This document shows, in pieces, positions 26,301 through 36,002 of a stretch of 64,000 bases of DNA. This DNA comes from Candidatus Latescibacterota bacterium (lineage in GTDB: Bacteria; Latescibacterota; UBA2968). The stretch is taken from contig OZ244960.1 in NCBI GenBank assembly GCA_965222605.1, positions 4,064,001-4,128,000 on the forward strand, given 5' to 3'. How positions within the stretch are numbered: the first letter of the stretch is position 1; every line of letters begins with the position of its first letter. The translations under genes were made by a program, and so were the position numbers. The notes beneath the pieces are model-generated. The model did no database searches. It was given only the letters and a program-made list of their open reading frames with translations, and had not been told where the DNA came from.

Positions 26301-27133
26301 CCTTTTTCCTTGATAAACCACACAAAAATCAGCCGTGTGATCAAGCAGATTAAGCTCGTGGCGTTGCGAATCTCTTTATCTTTTTCCACATCGGCTGGGA
26401 ATGTCACTTGATCAACTGCCCAGAAGTACCAGTCGGAGAGTTCGCGATAGAATTGCTTGTTCAGTTCTTGAATATCAAGTGTTTTAGCCCAAGCGCGATG
26501 GAATTCAACAAAGTTGTGAACGCCGTGTGTTTTGTGCAATTGTTCGAGAGCAAGGTCGAATAGGATTTCAATATGCGCGCGGTGCGGATCACTGCAATCA
26601 ATATCTTTAATCAGCGTCACCTTTTCGAGAACATCACGGGACTCATCGCGCTTGTGCAGACGTCGGTCAATAATTGAGAAGGTCAGGGTCTGACCGTACT
26701 GGAAGAGCACCATTGCGGGCATTGGGGTCAGCTTGTTGATTTCGCGGGTAATATTGGATAGTTGCGTGCGGGTGTAATTGCTATCCCGTAGTTTCAGCGC
26801 AAAGAACAGGTATGACTCAATACGAGTGTTATCAATCTGCCGATTATCAAAAGGGATTTGTATCTTACCGCTCTCGGTGATTTCCTCTTCTCTTAATTGA
26901 AAGAGAAGATCAATTGACACCCAGTCATCTATCTGTGCCCGCTCCCGATTCATCTTATCAGATAGATCGAACTCCGCAATAAACACCTCTGCAGTGTTTG
27001 GTTCAAGATCCATCTCTAAATCGCTGTAGTAGCCGAGCATGTTAAGCAGGTCTCGGGCATTTTGGGCGAGGTTCCCGCTTCGGAAGCGTTGTAAGGTTTC
27101 AGCGATTGCCTGTTTGTATTTTATATCATTCAT
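23375..27133 (-). CDS. Type IIG/Eco57I-like N6-adenine DNA methyltransferase with a TaqI-like TRD
   Basis: FLNGGLF, GSFYTP, DPACGSG, YGVDIQ, GNPPY; C-terminal IDQLVYALYGLT. Confidence 0.92.
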   Translation of the reverse strand: MNDIKYKQAIAETLQRFRSGNLAQNARDLLNMLGYYSDLEMDLEPNTAEVFIAEFDLSDKMNRERAQIDDWVSIDLLFQLREEEITESGKIQIPFDNRQIDNTRIESYLFFALKLRDSNYTRTQLSNITREINKLTPMPAMVLFQYGQTLTFSIIDRRLHKRDESRDVLEKVTLIKDIDCSDPHRAHIEILFDLALEQLHKTHGVHNFVEFHRAWAKTLDIQELNKQFYRELSDWYFWAVDQVTFPADVEKDKEIRNATSLICLITRLIFVWFIKEKGLVQDTLFNKKQIDKILNDTDPLENTYYKAILQNLFFATLNTEMKPDNRKFRHRAKQSGGRDQHYMVHSLYRYERYFKHPKEALGFFKEIPFLNGGLFECLDKPDKDKPKKILRVDGFSDRNDNPLHVPNFLFFSDEQNVDLNAAYGTKGKQYKVRGLIDILDRYKFTVAENTPIEEEVALDPELLGKVFENLLAAYNPETQTTARKKTGSFYTPREIVNYMTDESLIAYFKSTLIACCESKNTFSATTPPSQLDLSGQAEPVQTRLDMQKGVLSKKEKNLIESNLRHLIAYNDDPHQFSDEETEQLIKAIDDLKILDPACGSGEFPMGILRKLVFILGKLDPGNDQWRQRQIARVESTIETAEKIDDSTVRENTIRDLEQEIDNINEAFERNELDYGRKLYLIENCIYGVDIQPIAVQISKLRFFISLIVDQKIDDSRENRSVRPLPNLETKFVAANTLIGVDKPKQISIRNPQIDEKEKELSEVRRKHFIARTPRTKVKYRDQDDQIRAEISELLKRDGFPSETTEKIAYWNPYDQNAAADFFDPEWMFGITEGFDVVIGNPPYVSHDKISKQLKAKIKNYYQSYQPFADVYCYFIEKAIELQNDRGLLSFITSNSYLRAEYGTPIRRLLQNKNMLLRVLNIENSQIFESAIVNVAIIVSRKSTNFTDDFCIVVNSPFSGNSFEDFVKINGFNCPQTFFNSKSWNLAEPKLVELQRKLESSGKTLEEFHTKIRLGIATGSNEAFLINEDQKRKLCEKNPVNAKIIKPILRGRDIFRYNYTLSGQHILLAKNGVNIERDYPEIYQHLESFGDKFKNRGAQGQHWTNLRACSFYDDFKKEKIVWIELTDLGRFALCNEEVYLLNSAYFLLPPSGMDSKFLLGVLNSNAMRFYLGLIAETSGMGISRWINNYVKEFPIPVITREQQIPVVELVDHILTVKATDPEADTSKEEAEIDQLVYALYGLTEEEIAAVENV

Positions 27134-30100
27134 TGTTGATTTTCCAATTTAATCACCAGCCAGGTTATGAGTTCAAAATCTGTAGTTTTGCTGATATGTT
27201 GTTGTTTTTTCGGCAGGACACCACTACGATCACCTAATAGGTTACCGATAGCGCGTTTCTGGTAGGTGCGACTGAGTGAACGAACCGCTTTCTGAAGCAG
27301 GTCGTTGTATTGCGTCATATTTGCGCCGTTGTTTGTCTGCTTGTCGAATAAGGCGCACAGTTCCTCATAAGGGTTTTTCGCATTCTCGCAAAGCAGACGA
27401 TACATCTCGAGAATCTTCTTGGGTTGGGCAAAGGTAAAGCGCACTTCGCCATCTTCCCGAATATAGACGAGGAAATAGGGCTGCAATGGATTGAGTTTCT
27501 CATTTCCCGTTGAATCCCCTTTTTGCCGCAGACAGAAAACAACACCCGGGGTAATCATTGGATAATCCCGGTGCGTTGGAACAACGGCATAAAGTCCAAA
27601 CGGCGCGTCTTCGAGGATTTGCCGATTGCTCTCAATATACTTCATCAGTTCGATGCGGAAGTCGTCGAGGGTAAATTCATTGAGCGCAATGCTTTCGTTA
27701 AAATCCTCAAGGTCTAACACTTCTTCTTGCAAGCGCAGGAGTTGCTTGTCGCGGTATTTGAGGTCATCAGCAATCACGCCTTGAATTTCTTCTGGCTCCA
27801 ATAGATTGTCTCCCTGCGTCGCGGCGATATCTACCAGTGCCATCCGCGCCTCAACGCGATTTTTCAGTTTGATGTAGCGGTTGAGGTCAGATGTCGGCCA
27901 AAAGTTGACAAGCTGGACCCGGCAATTGATGCTACCGATGCGGTCAATCCGTCCAAACCGTTGAATAATCCGCACTGGATTCCAGTGAATATCGTAGTTA
28001 ATCAAATAATCGCAGTCTTGCAGATTTTGTCCTTCGGAGATACAATCAGTGCCAATTAGCAAGTCAATCGCATCATCTTGTGGCATGGATTCCATCTGAG
28101 CGCGTTTCTTTGCAACCGGAGAAAAATTTGTCAGAATGTGGCTAAATTCATTTCTTCCAAAGGTCGTCTTATTTTTGGAACCTCCCGACACCATTGCGAT
28201 CTGAATCCCCAACTCATTGGTTGCCCATTGACCCAGAGCGTCATAGAGATATGTGGCGGTATCGGCAAAGTGCGTGAAAATCAACACTTTGCGATTTGGC
28301 TGTCCGTGCTTGTCGGTTGTTGGGTGTTTGACTTTTTTAGCGATAAGTTCTTTCAGTTTGGCGAGTTTGGCATCGCGGTCGGGGGTAATGTCCTTTGCGA
28401 AAAGGTAAGGTAGCTCGAGCTGTTCCTTATCGCACTTCAAATCTTCCAGCCACTTATCAACATTGAGATGCGCCATTTTGAAGACGAGTTTTCTCCCCAC
28501 CTGCATTGCTTCCTGCAATTCTTCGTCTTCAAGGGCTTCAATTTCGATCTCTTCCAAATCCAAATCAGGGTTATCATCGCGGAACTCTTGAAACCGTCTG
28601 ATTCGTTTTTCCAGTGCCTCAATTTTTGCAATCGTACGCTGCATTGTAATGGCAAATGAATGAACGGAACTTTCCAGCCGTTTGAGGAAGTTCACCTTCA
28701 TCATGCCAATCAGATAATGTTCGCGGTCGCTTTGTGTAAAGTTTCGGATCTGCTGAGTATCGTATTGGGATTGGTATTCAGGAAGAACATATTTTGAGGG
28801 ATTGAACAGAGAAAGTTGGTAATTGGAGATTTCCTCGTTCAACTCGTCGTAAGACATAAACTGCTTTTTCAGGTCAATGTCGGGAGAAATAGAGATAGGC
28901 TTACTTCGAGCTGGAAATCCACCGAGTTCTTTAAGCGAATCCCGATAGTATTCCACAATGTGTTTTCTCGAACGGGCGATGGTTAATTCATCAAGCAGCT
29001 TAAAAAAGGCAGAACTGAGTTGTTCCAACAAAGCAGAAGTTTGTCGGTGTACACCCCTCTGCTTCGCCCATTCTGTAAACGTGCGCTGTGCAGTTGCCAG
29101 TGTGTCTTTCAGACTAACAATACCGAGCGATTCTCGGAAAGCGTCATCGCAATCTTCAGTAAAAAAATAAATCTGATTGCGTAAATCTTTCAAATCATTG
29201 TTCACCGGCGTGGCGGAAAGCAACAGAACTTTGGTTTTGATCCCACTCTGGATAATATCCTCCATCAAACGTTGATAGCGGCTCTTGCGAATCAGATTGC
29301 CATCTCCGTCTCGCTTGCCCGGTGTGTTGTTTCGGAAGTTGTGTGATTCATCAATGACGACTAAATGGTAGTTGCCCCAGTTGAGGGGCGCCAGATCAAT
29401 ATCGCCCGACTTACCTCCATCGCGGCTCAGGTCGGTATGTGATAGGACGGTGTATCCAAAGCGATCTTTGAGGAAGGGATTCAGTTCGGTATTATTATCC
29501 GCTTGGTAAATTGTCCAGTTATCGCGCAGTTTCTTGGGACACAAAACGAGGACTCTGTCATTCTGCAGTTCAAAGTATTTGATCACTGCCAGGGCCTCGA
29601 AGGTCTTACCCAGGCCAACACTATCAGCAATGATACAGCCGTTGTGTTGACGAATTTTGTTGATTGCGCCCTTTACACCGTCTTTCTGAAATTCAAACAG
29701 GGCGTTCCAGATCTCTGTATCTACGAGTTGCATCTGCTCGGTGAGCAACCCACTGTTCTCTTGTTCGTCTAAATACTGCTCAAAGATGTGAAACAGAGTT
29801 TTGTAGTAGATAAATTCCGGTGGGTAATTTTGATAGAGTTGCTCGAGATATGACAACACGTCTGCTTTGACATCTTCGACCAGTTCTTTGTTATTCCAGA
29901 GTTCATCAAACCATGTTTTCAGGTCGCGACGGTCGCGGTTGCTATCTACCTCCAGATTGAGTTCGATATTGTTGCTCGTCTGGCTCAGTCCCAGTCCGCG
30001 CACCGTAAAGTTAGAACTGCCCATAATGGCTTCTTCCACGCCGTTATGGGCAATGTGGTACATTTTTCCGTGTAACAGATTTAGTGCTCTGATTGACCGA

Positions 30101-30447
30101 ATCTGTACCTTTTTTTTAATCCACTTAGCGCATTCTTTGGCAACGCGCTTTTGCTCCAGCCGATTCTGAAGTTGTAAGCCTTCATCTTCAATCTTGAAGG
30201 CTTTTTTGTCTGTCTTCTCCGGGTCGAGGCTTTTGACAAAACGCGGTTCACCAAACAAAAATCGCAGGTCTTTAATATCTACCAGCGATGCTTTCAAGGC
30301 TTCAAAAGCGTAAATTGTAAAGTACGCAGAGACTATGGAAAGTGATGAACCATTCTGGATTTTGGACTTGAGGAAATCGCCCACTGTACCCCGATGGTGG
30401 TTATCGCGGATTCCTGATATTTGCAAAGAAAGGTTATTGTTAGGCAT
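27130..30447 (-). CDS. PLD-nuclease plus SNF2-type helicase
   Basis: HGK...GSSN PLD motif; ADSVGLGKT, DESH, SATP, SEGQNLQ, QRFGRIDR; ATGA overlap with the MTase. Confidence 0.92.
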   Translation of the reverse strand: MPNNNLSLQISGIRDNHHRGTVGDFLKSKIQNGSSLSIVSAYFTIYAFEALKASLVDIKDLRFLFGEPRFVKSLDPEKTDKKAFKIEDEGLQLQNRLEQKRVAKECAKWIKKKVQIRSIRALNLLHGKMYHIAHNGVEEAIMGSSNFTVRGLGLSQTSNNIELNLEVDSNRDRRDLKTWFDELWNNKELVEDVKADVLSYLEQLYQNYPPEFIYYKTLFHIFEQYLDEQENSGLLTEQMQLVDTEIWNALFEFQKDGVKGAINKIRQHNGCIIADSVGLGKTFEALAVIKYFELQNDRVLVLCPKKLRDNWTIYQADNNTELNPFLKDRFGYTVLSHTDLSRDGGKSGDIDLAPLNWGNYHLVVIDESHNFRNNTPGKRDGDGNLIRKSRYQRLMEDIIQSGIKTKVLLLSATPVNNDLKDLRNQIYFFTEDCDDAFRESLGIVSLKDTLATAQRTFTEWAKQRGVHRQTSALLEQLSSAFFKLLDELTIARSRKHIVEYYRDSLKELGGFPARSKPISISPDIDLKKQFMSYDELNEEISNYQLSLFNPSKYVLPEYQSQYDTQQIRNFTQSDREHYLIGMMKVNFLKRLESSVHSFAITMQRTIAKIEALEKRIRRFQEFRDDNPDLDLEEIEIEALEDEELQEAMQVGRKLVFKMAHLNVDKWLEDLKCDKEQLELPYLFAKDITPDRDAKLAKLKELIAKKVKHPTTDKHGQPNRKVLIFTHFADTATYLYDALGQWATNELGIQIAMVSGGSKNKTTFGRNEFSHILTNFSPVAKKRAQMESMPQDDAIDLLIGTDCISEGQNLQDCDYLINYDIHWNPVRIIQRFGRIDRIGSINCRVQLVNFWPTSDLNRYIKLKNRVEARMALVDIAATQGDNLLEPEEIQGVIADDLKYRDKQLLRLQEEVLDLEDFNESIALNEFTLDDFRIELMKYIESNRQILEDAPFGLYAVVPTHRDYPMITPGVVFCLRQKGDSTGNEKLNPLQPYFLVYIREDGEVRFTFAQPKKILEMYRLLCENAKNPYEELCALFDKQTNNGANMTQYNDLLQKAVRSLSRTYQKRAIGNLLGDRSGVLPKKQQHISKTTDFELITWLVIKLENQQ

Positions 30448-30523
30448 GGGGTACTCTTGATTTGATAATTTTGGATGGGGTGAACTGCTATCGGAATTGT
30501 ACACCACTCGAAACTCGCCCTAC

Positions 30524-31762
30524 TCACAAAGCACTTTGTCCCGCTGCGTGTTGGGCTTTTGCGCCGACGCCCAGTACGTTTAAGAAGCCCTCGGAATCGC
30601 GGTGGTCGTAGTCGCCCACATCTTCCATTGAGGCGGTCTCTTCGGAATAGAGAGAGTGGGGCACATCTTCCGATGAATGGAATAATACGGTGCCTTTGTA
30701 TGCGGCGACTGTTATCGTGCCCGTCAATAATTTTGCCACGGGAGCGAGCGCGCCCTGCATCATTTGGGTGGATAAATCGCAGTAATATCCCTGATAGATT
30801 TGTTCGGCGAGGGACGAAGAAATCGAATCGTAAAATTTTCGCGCGCGTCTGTCCAGAACTTGCTGGAGCAAAAACTCGTAACACGTGCCGAGCAGGCAAA
30901 GCCCCGGGCTTTCATACACGCCGCGCGATTTAATACCGACAAAGCGGTTTTCCACGGTGTGAATACCAATGCCCACGCCGTTTCGCCCGCCAATTTCATT
31001 GGCTTTTTGGATTGCGGTTACGTCGTCGGTATCCGCGCCATTGATTTGCACCGGGCGCCCCGCGTCTATCCTGACGGTAAATGATTCGGGCTTATCCGGC
31101 GCTTGTGCGGGAAATACGCCCATGCCCGGTTCGATAAAATCGGCTGCGACATCGAGGTATTCAAGTTTGCCCGCTTCGTGTGTTAGCCCCAAAAAGTTGG
31201 CGTCGGTAGAATACGGTTTTTCATACGTGGCTGTAATTGGCAAATTGTATGCATTGCAAAAATCGATCATTTCTTTGCGTCCGCCAAACATATCGAGAAA
31301 TGCGGGGTCGCGCCAGGGGGCATACACGGTTACGCTGGGCTTGAGCATATTGGCGACGAGTTGAAAACGCACCTGATCGTTGCCGCGGCCGGTTGCGCCG
31401 TGCGCGAGCACATCGATATCGCGGCGGTCCATTTCCTCCAATAATCCCCGCGTGGTGACATAGCGCGCGATGCCCGTTGTATTCCAATATCCGCCTTCGT
31501 AACGCGCTTGTCCAATCAGCATTGCTATGCCCGCTTCTGCCAGATCGGTTTTTAGATCGATCAGCACGGCTTCACGCGCACCGCAGGCCAGCATGCGTTT
31601 GGATATATCATCGATATTCACCTCATCGGGTTGTCCAATATCGGCGGTTAAACTCACCACATTTACGCCGCGGTCAGCCAGCCATTTTGTCACGGTGCAA
31701 CTATCCAACCCTCCCGACGATGCAAGTGCCACCGTCTTTCCGCGCAATTCATTAAGCGTCAT
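30524..31762 (-). CDS. argG: Argininosuccinate synthase
   Basis: SGGLDS, HGATGRGNDQVRF, ENRFVGIKSRGVYESP. Confidence 0.96.
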   Translation of the reverse strand: MTLNELRGKTVALASSGGLDSCTVTKWLADRGVNVVSLTADIGQPDEVNIDDISKRMLACGAREAVLIDLKTDLAEAGIAMLIGQARYEGGYWNTTGIARYVTTRGLLEEMDRRDIDVLAHGATGRGNDQVRFQLVANMLKPSVTVYAPWRDPAFLDMFGGRKEMIDFCNAYNLPITATYEKPYSTDANFLGLTHEAGKLEYLDVAADFIEPGMGVFPAQAPDKPESFTVRIDAGRPVQINGADTDDVTAIQKANEIGGRNGVGIGIHTVENRFVGIKSRGVYESPGLCLLGTCYEFLLQQVLDRRARKFYDSISSSLAEQIYQGYYCDLSTQMMQGALAPVAKLLTGTITVAAYKGTVLFHSSEDVPHSLYSEETASMEDVGDYDHRDSEGFLNVLGVGAKAQHAAGQSAL

Positions 31763-31775
31763 AGTTCCTTCCTTT

Positions 31776-32630
31776 TCATGCCTCATCTAAAGAAAAACCT
31801 GTACTGGTCAACATATCTATCACATTTTCGCGTGCGTGTCGGATGCGAATATCGATTTCCTCAGCCGTAAAATCGCCACCTGTGCCATTTACGCGCTCGA
31901 CTACCACTGGTCCGTCAAAGCCCGCTTCGAATGCTGTGGCAAAAATGCGCTCAAAATCCACATCCCCTTCGCCGGGAATGGGGAAATTGTTTTCTGCCTT
32001 GGGGCCAATATGATCTTTGGCAATTAATTTATAGGTCTGGTCTGCAATATGGGGAAAATCATCTTCGGGAGAAATACCTTCGTAATAATGGACATTTCCC
32101 GGGTCATAACACGCTCGCACCGAAGGCCGATCAATTTCGGGCAATAACCGAGCGAGGTGTTTTGCGGTCGCCGTATTGCCCGTGTGCGGTTTGGGAGCGA
32201 GGATAATATTTCGATCCTGTGCATAGGTTCCCGCTTCTTGCATGTCTGCGACATAGGCTTCGTGGGCAGCTTGGAAAACTTCGGGGGCGAGCGGTTCATT
32301 GGGAAATCGCCGATACCCGCCCGCACCGGCTATCTGAATTGCTTCGGCACCGAGTGCCTGGCACACATCAATTCTTCGCATAAGATAATGTGCGTTATCC
32401 CTTGCCGGGGTCGATCCAAGCCCGATCACAACAGGGGTTAAACCCGCTTGTTCACACAGGGTTTTGGTTCGATGCACAAGCGGTCCGTCGGGATCAAAAC
32501 CCAGTGTATCTTCGCCTTCGTGCGACCAGCCCAAACCCACATAGGAATATCCCGCGCGGGCAACACCTTCAATCCCTCGTTCGAGAGGATAGTTTGAATA
32601 GGGCAATGTTAGACAGACGAGTTTGACCAA
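31776..32630 (-). CDS. Sugar phosphate isomerase/epimerase (AP2Ec TIM barrel)
   Basis: YDPGN, KD and PGEGDVDF..FDGPVVVE motifs; TTG start with GGAGG RBS. Confidence 0.8.
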   Translation of the reverse strand: MVKLVCLTLPYSNYPLERGIEGVARAGYSYVGLGWSHEGEDTLGFDPDGPLVHRTKTLCEQAGLTPVVIGLGSTPARDNAHYLMRRIDVCQALGAEAIQIAGAGGYRRFPNEPLAPEVFQAAHEAYVADMQEAGTYAQDRNIILAPKPHTGNTATAKHLARLLPEIDRPSVRACYDPGNVHYYEGISPEDDFPHIADQTYKLIAKDHIGPKAENNFPIPGEGDVDFERIFATAFEAGFDGPVVVERVNGTGGDFTAEEIDIRIRHARENVIDMLTSTGFSLDEA

Positions 32631-32648
32631 AAGAGACCTCCACAGGTG

Positions 32649-33194
32649 TTAGTCGTTTTTCCGCGTTATAAATAGTGCGAGAAATCCGGGCAAAAAGGCA
32701 ATGGTCCAGCAGAGCAAATTATAGAGATAATTGGGGCCGCCGGGCGTGTGACTGGTCCAAATGCCCGAAATCGCGTAGAAGGCGAGGCCGGAAGTCGCGG
32801 CGGCCAGAATACCTCGAAGAAAAGTATGCTTCAGGTTTTTGGGGATGGCACCCACCCATTGGTGGAGCAGAGCTGTAAGAATCCACAGTTCCATCCACGC
32901 GACGATCATCGCGGCATAGCGAATGAACGGGCGTAAAAAATAATATCCACCAGCGGATAAAATGCCAACAGCGAGGCCCCCGAGTGCGCCCAGCAAGATT
33001 GATTGTGGCGTTTTGCCACCATATCCGAGAACTGCGCCCAAACAGAGGCATAAGAGTGCCCCGTGAAGGATGCCGGCGAACATGTGGTGTTTGATCGCGT
33101 AGTGCGCCCACAAAAAGTCGCCCAGTGTGCTGATCGCGGCGAGAATGATCGCAGCGACGAGTGCGCGTAAGATTCCGTTGAATTGAACAGTCAT
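32649..33194 (-). CDS. Hypothetical integral membrane protein
   Basis: About six hydrophobic helices, GGAG RBS. Confidence 0.75.
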   Translation of the reverse strand: MTVQFNGILRALVAAIILAAISTLGDFLWAHYAIKHHMFAGILHGALLCLCLGAVLGYGGKTPQSILLGALGGLAVGILSAGGYYFLRPFIRYAAMIVAWMELWILTALLHQWVGAIPKNLKHTFLRGILAAATSGLAFYAISGIWTSHTPGGPNYLYNLLCWTIAFLPGFLALFITRKND

Positions 33195-33211
33195 GTGCTC
33201 GCTCCGGAGAT

Positions 33212-34603
33212 TTATTCCCGATACGCGGGATTGGGCGTGGGTATCACGGCGCCGGTATCTGTCAGGTATTGGTCCATTAATTTGTCCAATTCGGAGACCA
33301 GATCGGGATATTCGTCCGCCAGATTATTTGTTTCGCCAATGTCTTCAGTCAGGTTGTAAAGTTCTACGCGGTCGCTCTGGTCGTCGTTGTTGCAATAGAA
33401 CCGGATGAGTTTCCAATCGTCTTTGCGGACATAAGTCGATGGTAGGCCACCTGCTGCTGGCGTATAGTGCGGAAAGTGACAGAAAATGGTGTTCCGCGCA
33501 AGGGATTCGCCGCGAAGTGCGGGTGCAAAACTGATGCCGTCAACCGATTCGGGCATGTCGAGGCCGCAGAGTTCGGTCAGTGTGGGAAAGAAATCGATGC
33601 TCTGTACGATTGCCTGGTCGTCGCGGCTGCCCGCTTCAATATGGTCGGGCCACGCGATAATCAACGGTTCGCGGGTGCCGCCCTCATAGATATTTGCCTT
33701 TCCACCGCGCAGGGGCGCGTTGCTCGTGATGGGTACATCGACATAATCGGGATGGACATTGTCTTTCGCGCTCCAGTGTACTCCGCCATTGTCGGAAAAG
33801 AAGATCACGATGGTATTGTCTAAAATTCCCTCTTCCTCCAGCGTTCCAATCAATTGCCCTACCGCGTCGTCCATTGTTTCAACCATGGCTGCGTAAACGG
33901 GATTGTGCTGGGGGTATTCGACATCGGCTTTTTGCGCGTATTTTTCTATTACATCCTGTTTGGCGTGCCATGGGGAATGTACGGAAAATTGCCAGAAATG
34001 GAGATAAAAAGGCGCGTCTTTGTTTTGGCGAATAAATTCAATGGCTTCTTGTGCCATGCGATCTTCCAGGTGTTCGCCGGGTTCGCCTTTGTTGGGATAG
34101 ACTTTCCACGGCGCGAACCAGCCATCGGCCAATGGACTGGGGGCAGGTGTGTGCGGGATGTCGATATCGAATCCGTGCTCAAACGGGCTATAAGGTTCTG
34201 CACCCAGATGCCATTTTCCAATGTGTGCGGTTTTATATCCCGCATCGCGAAATACCGATGATAGAGTTTGGTATTCCGTGCTCAAGCGGGTGACGCTTTG
34301 TGCGACCAGAGCCTTGTTGTGCGGTGGTCCTTTTTCGCTTAAAAAGGATTCGAGTACAATGCGGTCCAGATGGCATCCCGGCGTTGTAATGCCAACGCGC
34401 GCGGGCCACAATCCCGTCATGATGCTCGCGCGAGTGGGCGAACACAACGGATTGGCCGCGTACGCGTTGGTAAACATCATGCCGCGCTCGGCAAGGGCAT
34501 CGATATTTGGGGTTTCGCAAAATGCGCTGCCGTATAAGGATGTATCGCGCCAGCCCAGGTCGTCTGCGAGAATGAATACCACATTTGGTTTGTTTTTTTG
34601 CAT
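33212..34603 (-). CDS. Sulfatase (formylglycine-dependent, S1 family)
   Basis: PNVVFILADDLGW, CSPTR, GKWHLG, SDNG, LRGGK..YEGG. Confidence 0.95.
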   Translation of the reverse strand: MQKNKPNVVFILADDLGWRDTSLYGSAFCETPNIDALAERGMMFTNAYAANPLCSPTRASIMTGLWPARVGITTPGCHLDRIVLESFLSEKGPPHNKALVAQSVTRLSTEYQTLSSVFRDAGYKTAHIGKWHLGAEPYSPFEHGFDIDIPHTPAPSPLADGWFAPWKVYPNKGEPGEHLEDRMAQEAIEFIRQNKDAPFYLHFWQFSVHSPWHAKQDVIEKYAQKADVEYPQHNPVYAAMVETMDDAVGQLIGTLEEEGILDNTIVIFFSDNGGVHWSAKDNVHPDYVDVPITSNAPLRGGKANIYEGGTREPLIIAWPDHIEAGSRDDQAIVQSIDFFPTLTELCGLDMPESVDGISFAPALRGESLARNTIFCHFPHYTPAAGGLPSTYVRKDDWKLIRFYCNNDDQSDRVELYNLTEDIGETNNLADEYPDLVSELDKLMDQYLTDTGAVIPTPNPAYRE

Positions 34604-34671
34604 AGGAATCTCTATGAACAAAAGTGAGTGTAGCACTAAATTTGTTTTTGGAAAGCATCCTCCGTTGCCAG

Positions 34672-34953
34672 TCATTTCACCCAGTAGAAATTACCGCTGG
34701 AAGCCGGCCAGTCGAGAACATACAGAATTTGGGCTTTCGTCTCGTATTTTTCAACTTCATCGCGTATATTTGCCCAACGCTTTTGGATTTCATCAGATTC
34801 CAGTTCTTTCGAAGTCGTTGTGCCGTACTCCGGAATAACTTCATGCCAGCATGTAATAGCAAGTTTCTGGAGCCTTTTAATTTTTTTTTCACGAAGCGTG
34901 TGTGTATCTCTAATCACTTCGTCTATTTCGTGAATAATTTCTGGGACTGACAT
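34672..34953 (-). CDS. Hypothetical protein
   Basis: 93 aa AT-richer ORF in operon orientation; no recognised motif. Confidence 0.5.
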   Translation of the reverse strand: MSVPEIIHEIDEVIRDTHTLREKKIKRLQKLAITCWHEVIPEYGTTTSKELESDEIQKRWANIRDEVEKYETKAQILYVLDWPASSGNFYWVK

Positions 34954-34978
34954 TTATGTTAGCGTCCATAGTCGGTAG

Positions 34979-35200
34979 TTACACGCTACTTTTTGATGGT
35001 GCCATCTCGATCCCTTTTCGGGTTTCGGCAATTAGCAGATCGACGACGGCGTGCAATGCCTCCATTTCGGTGGCACCCTCCAGGCAGCGGATGCGAAAAT
35101 GGTCAACCTGCCGGTCGGCGCTGCTGCCGTCGCGGATGATTTCAGATACGCGGTGTAATTCTTCTTCGACGCCGAGGGTGATTGTGAGGTCTTCATGCAT
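34979..35200 (-). pseudogene. Internally deleted YbdK/GCS2 carboxylate-amine ligase
   Basis: N-terminal TLGVEEE fused in frame to the C-terminal G.SADRQ...AVVDLLIAET. Confidence 0.7.
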
Positions 35201-35221
35201 ATTGAGTAGCTCGTTATTTGG

Positions 35222-35917
35222 TTATGCAATTGCTTCGGCCAATTCTGTAAAATCAGTGACTGTTATATCTGCGCGATACGGCGAATCTTCATAGGGCAGG
35301 TCATAGCGGTTTACATACGCACCGCGCAAACCGCACGCGCGAGCACCCACCACATCAAACGAATTGGTCGATACCATCATGCACGCGCCTACTTCCAGGC
35401 CGAGAATTTGTGCGGCGCGGCGATATACGGCGGGATGCGGCTTGAATGCGCCCATTGTAGTTACGGAGATGACGTCGTCGAAATCCCACTGGATCCGATT
35501 TTTTGCCAGGTGATCGAGAAAGGCGGGATCGCCGTTGGACAGACCGACGAGTTTGTAATGCGCGGCCAATTTTTTTAGTCCTGCTCTGACTTCGGGAAAA
35601 GGCGATAGGTTCTGCCAGCATGCGAGAAATGTTTTCACTTCCTCTTTTGACATTTCAATTTTATTCAGGGCGAGCACATATACAAATGCCCGTCGCACTG
35701 TCTCCAGGTAGCCTCCATGACCGAGCATCATGATTGTGTCCTGAAATTGCTCCAATCGCTGACGATAGCGCCATTGTTGCCAGAACTGTTCTGCTGTGGT
35801 ATCGGCTCCTTTTTTTTGAAGCATCTCGTCGATAAATGGCGTCAAACTACCGCCCAGATCCAAAATCGTGCCAAATAAATCAAATGTCAATGCCTGTACT
35901 TGTTCGAATTTTGCCAT
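35222..35917 (-). CDS. Haloacid dehalogenase, type II
   Basis: FDLFGT, WR..RLE, LSNG, FKPHPAVY, N.FDVVGA. Confidence 0.9.
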   Translation of the reverse strand: MAKFEQVQALTFDLFGTILDLGGSLTPFIDEMLQKKGADTTAEQFWQQWRYRQRLEQFQDTIMMLGHGGYLETVRRAFVYVLALNKIEMSKEEVKTFLACWQNLSPFPEVRAGLKKLAAHYKLVGLSNGDPAFLDHLAKNRIQWDFDDVISVTTMGAFKPHPAVYRRAAQILGLEVGACMMVSTNSFDVVGARACGLRGAYVNRYDLPYEDSPYRADITVTDFTELAEAIA

Positions 35918-36002
35918 TAGAACCTCCAGCTTTCTCTATTTTTATTTTTGATCACGGACAATCAGGGGTTGATTCGCTACTGCAAATAGTCTATTTTTTC
36001 GG

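Noticed and set aside
23375-30447. Complete DISARM or BREX system
   Set aside because: No drmA/B/C, pglZ or brxC genes in the island
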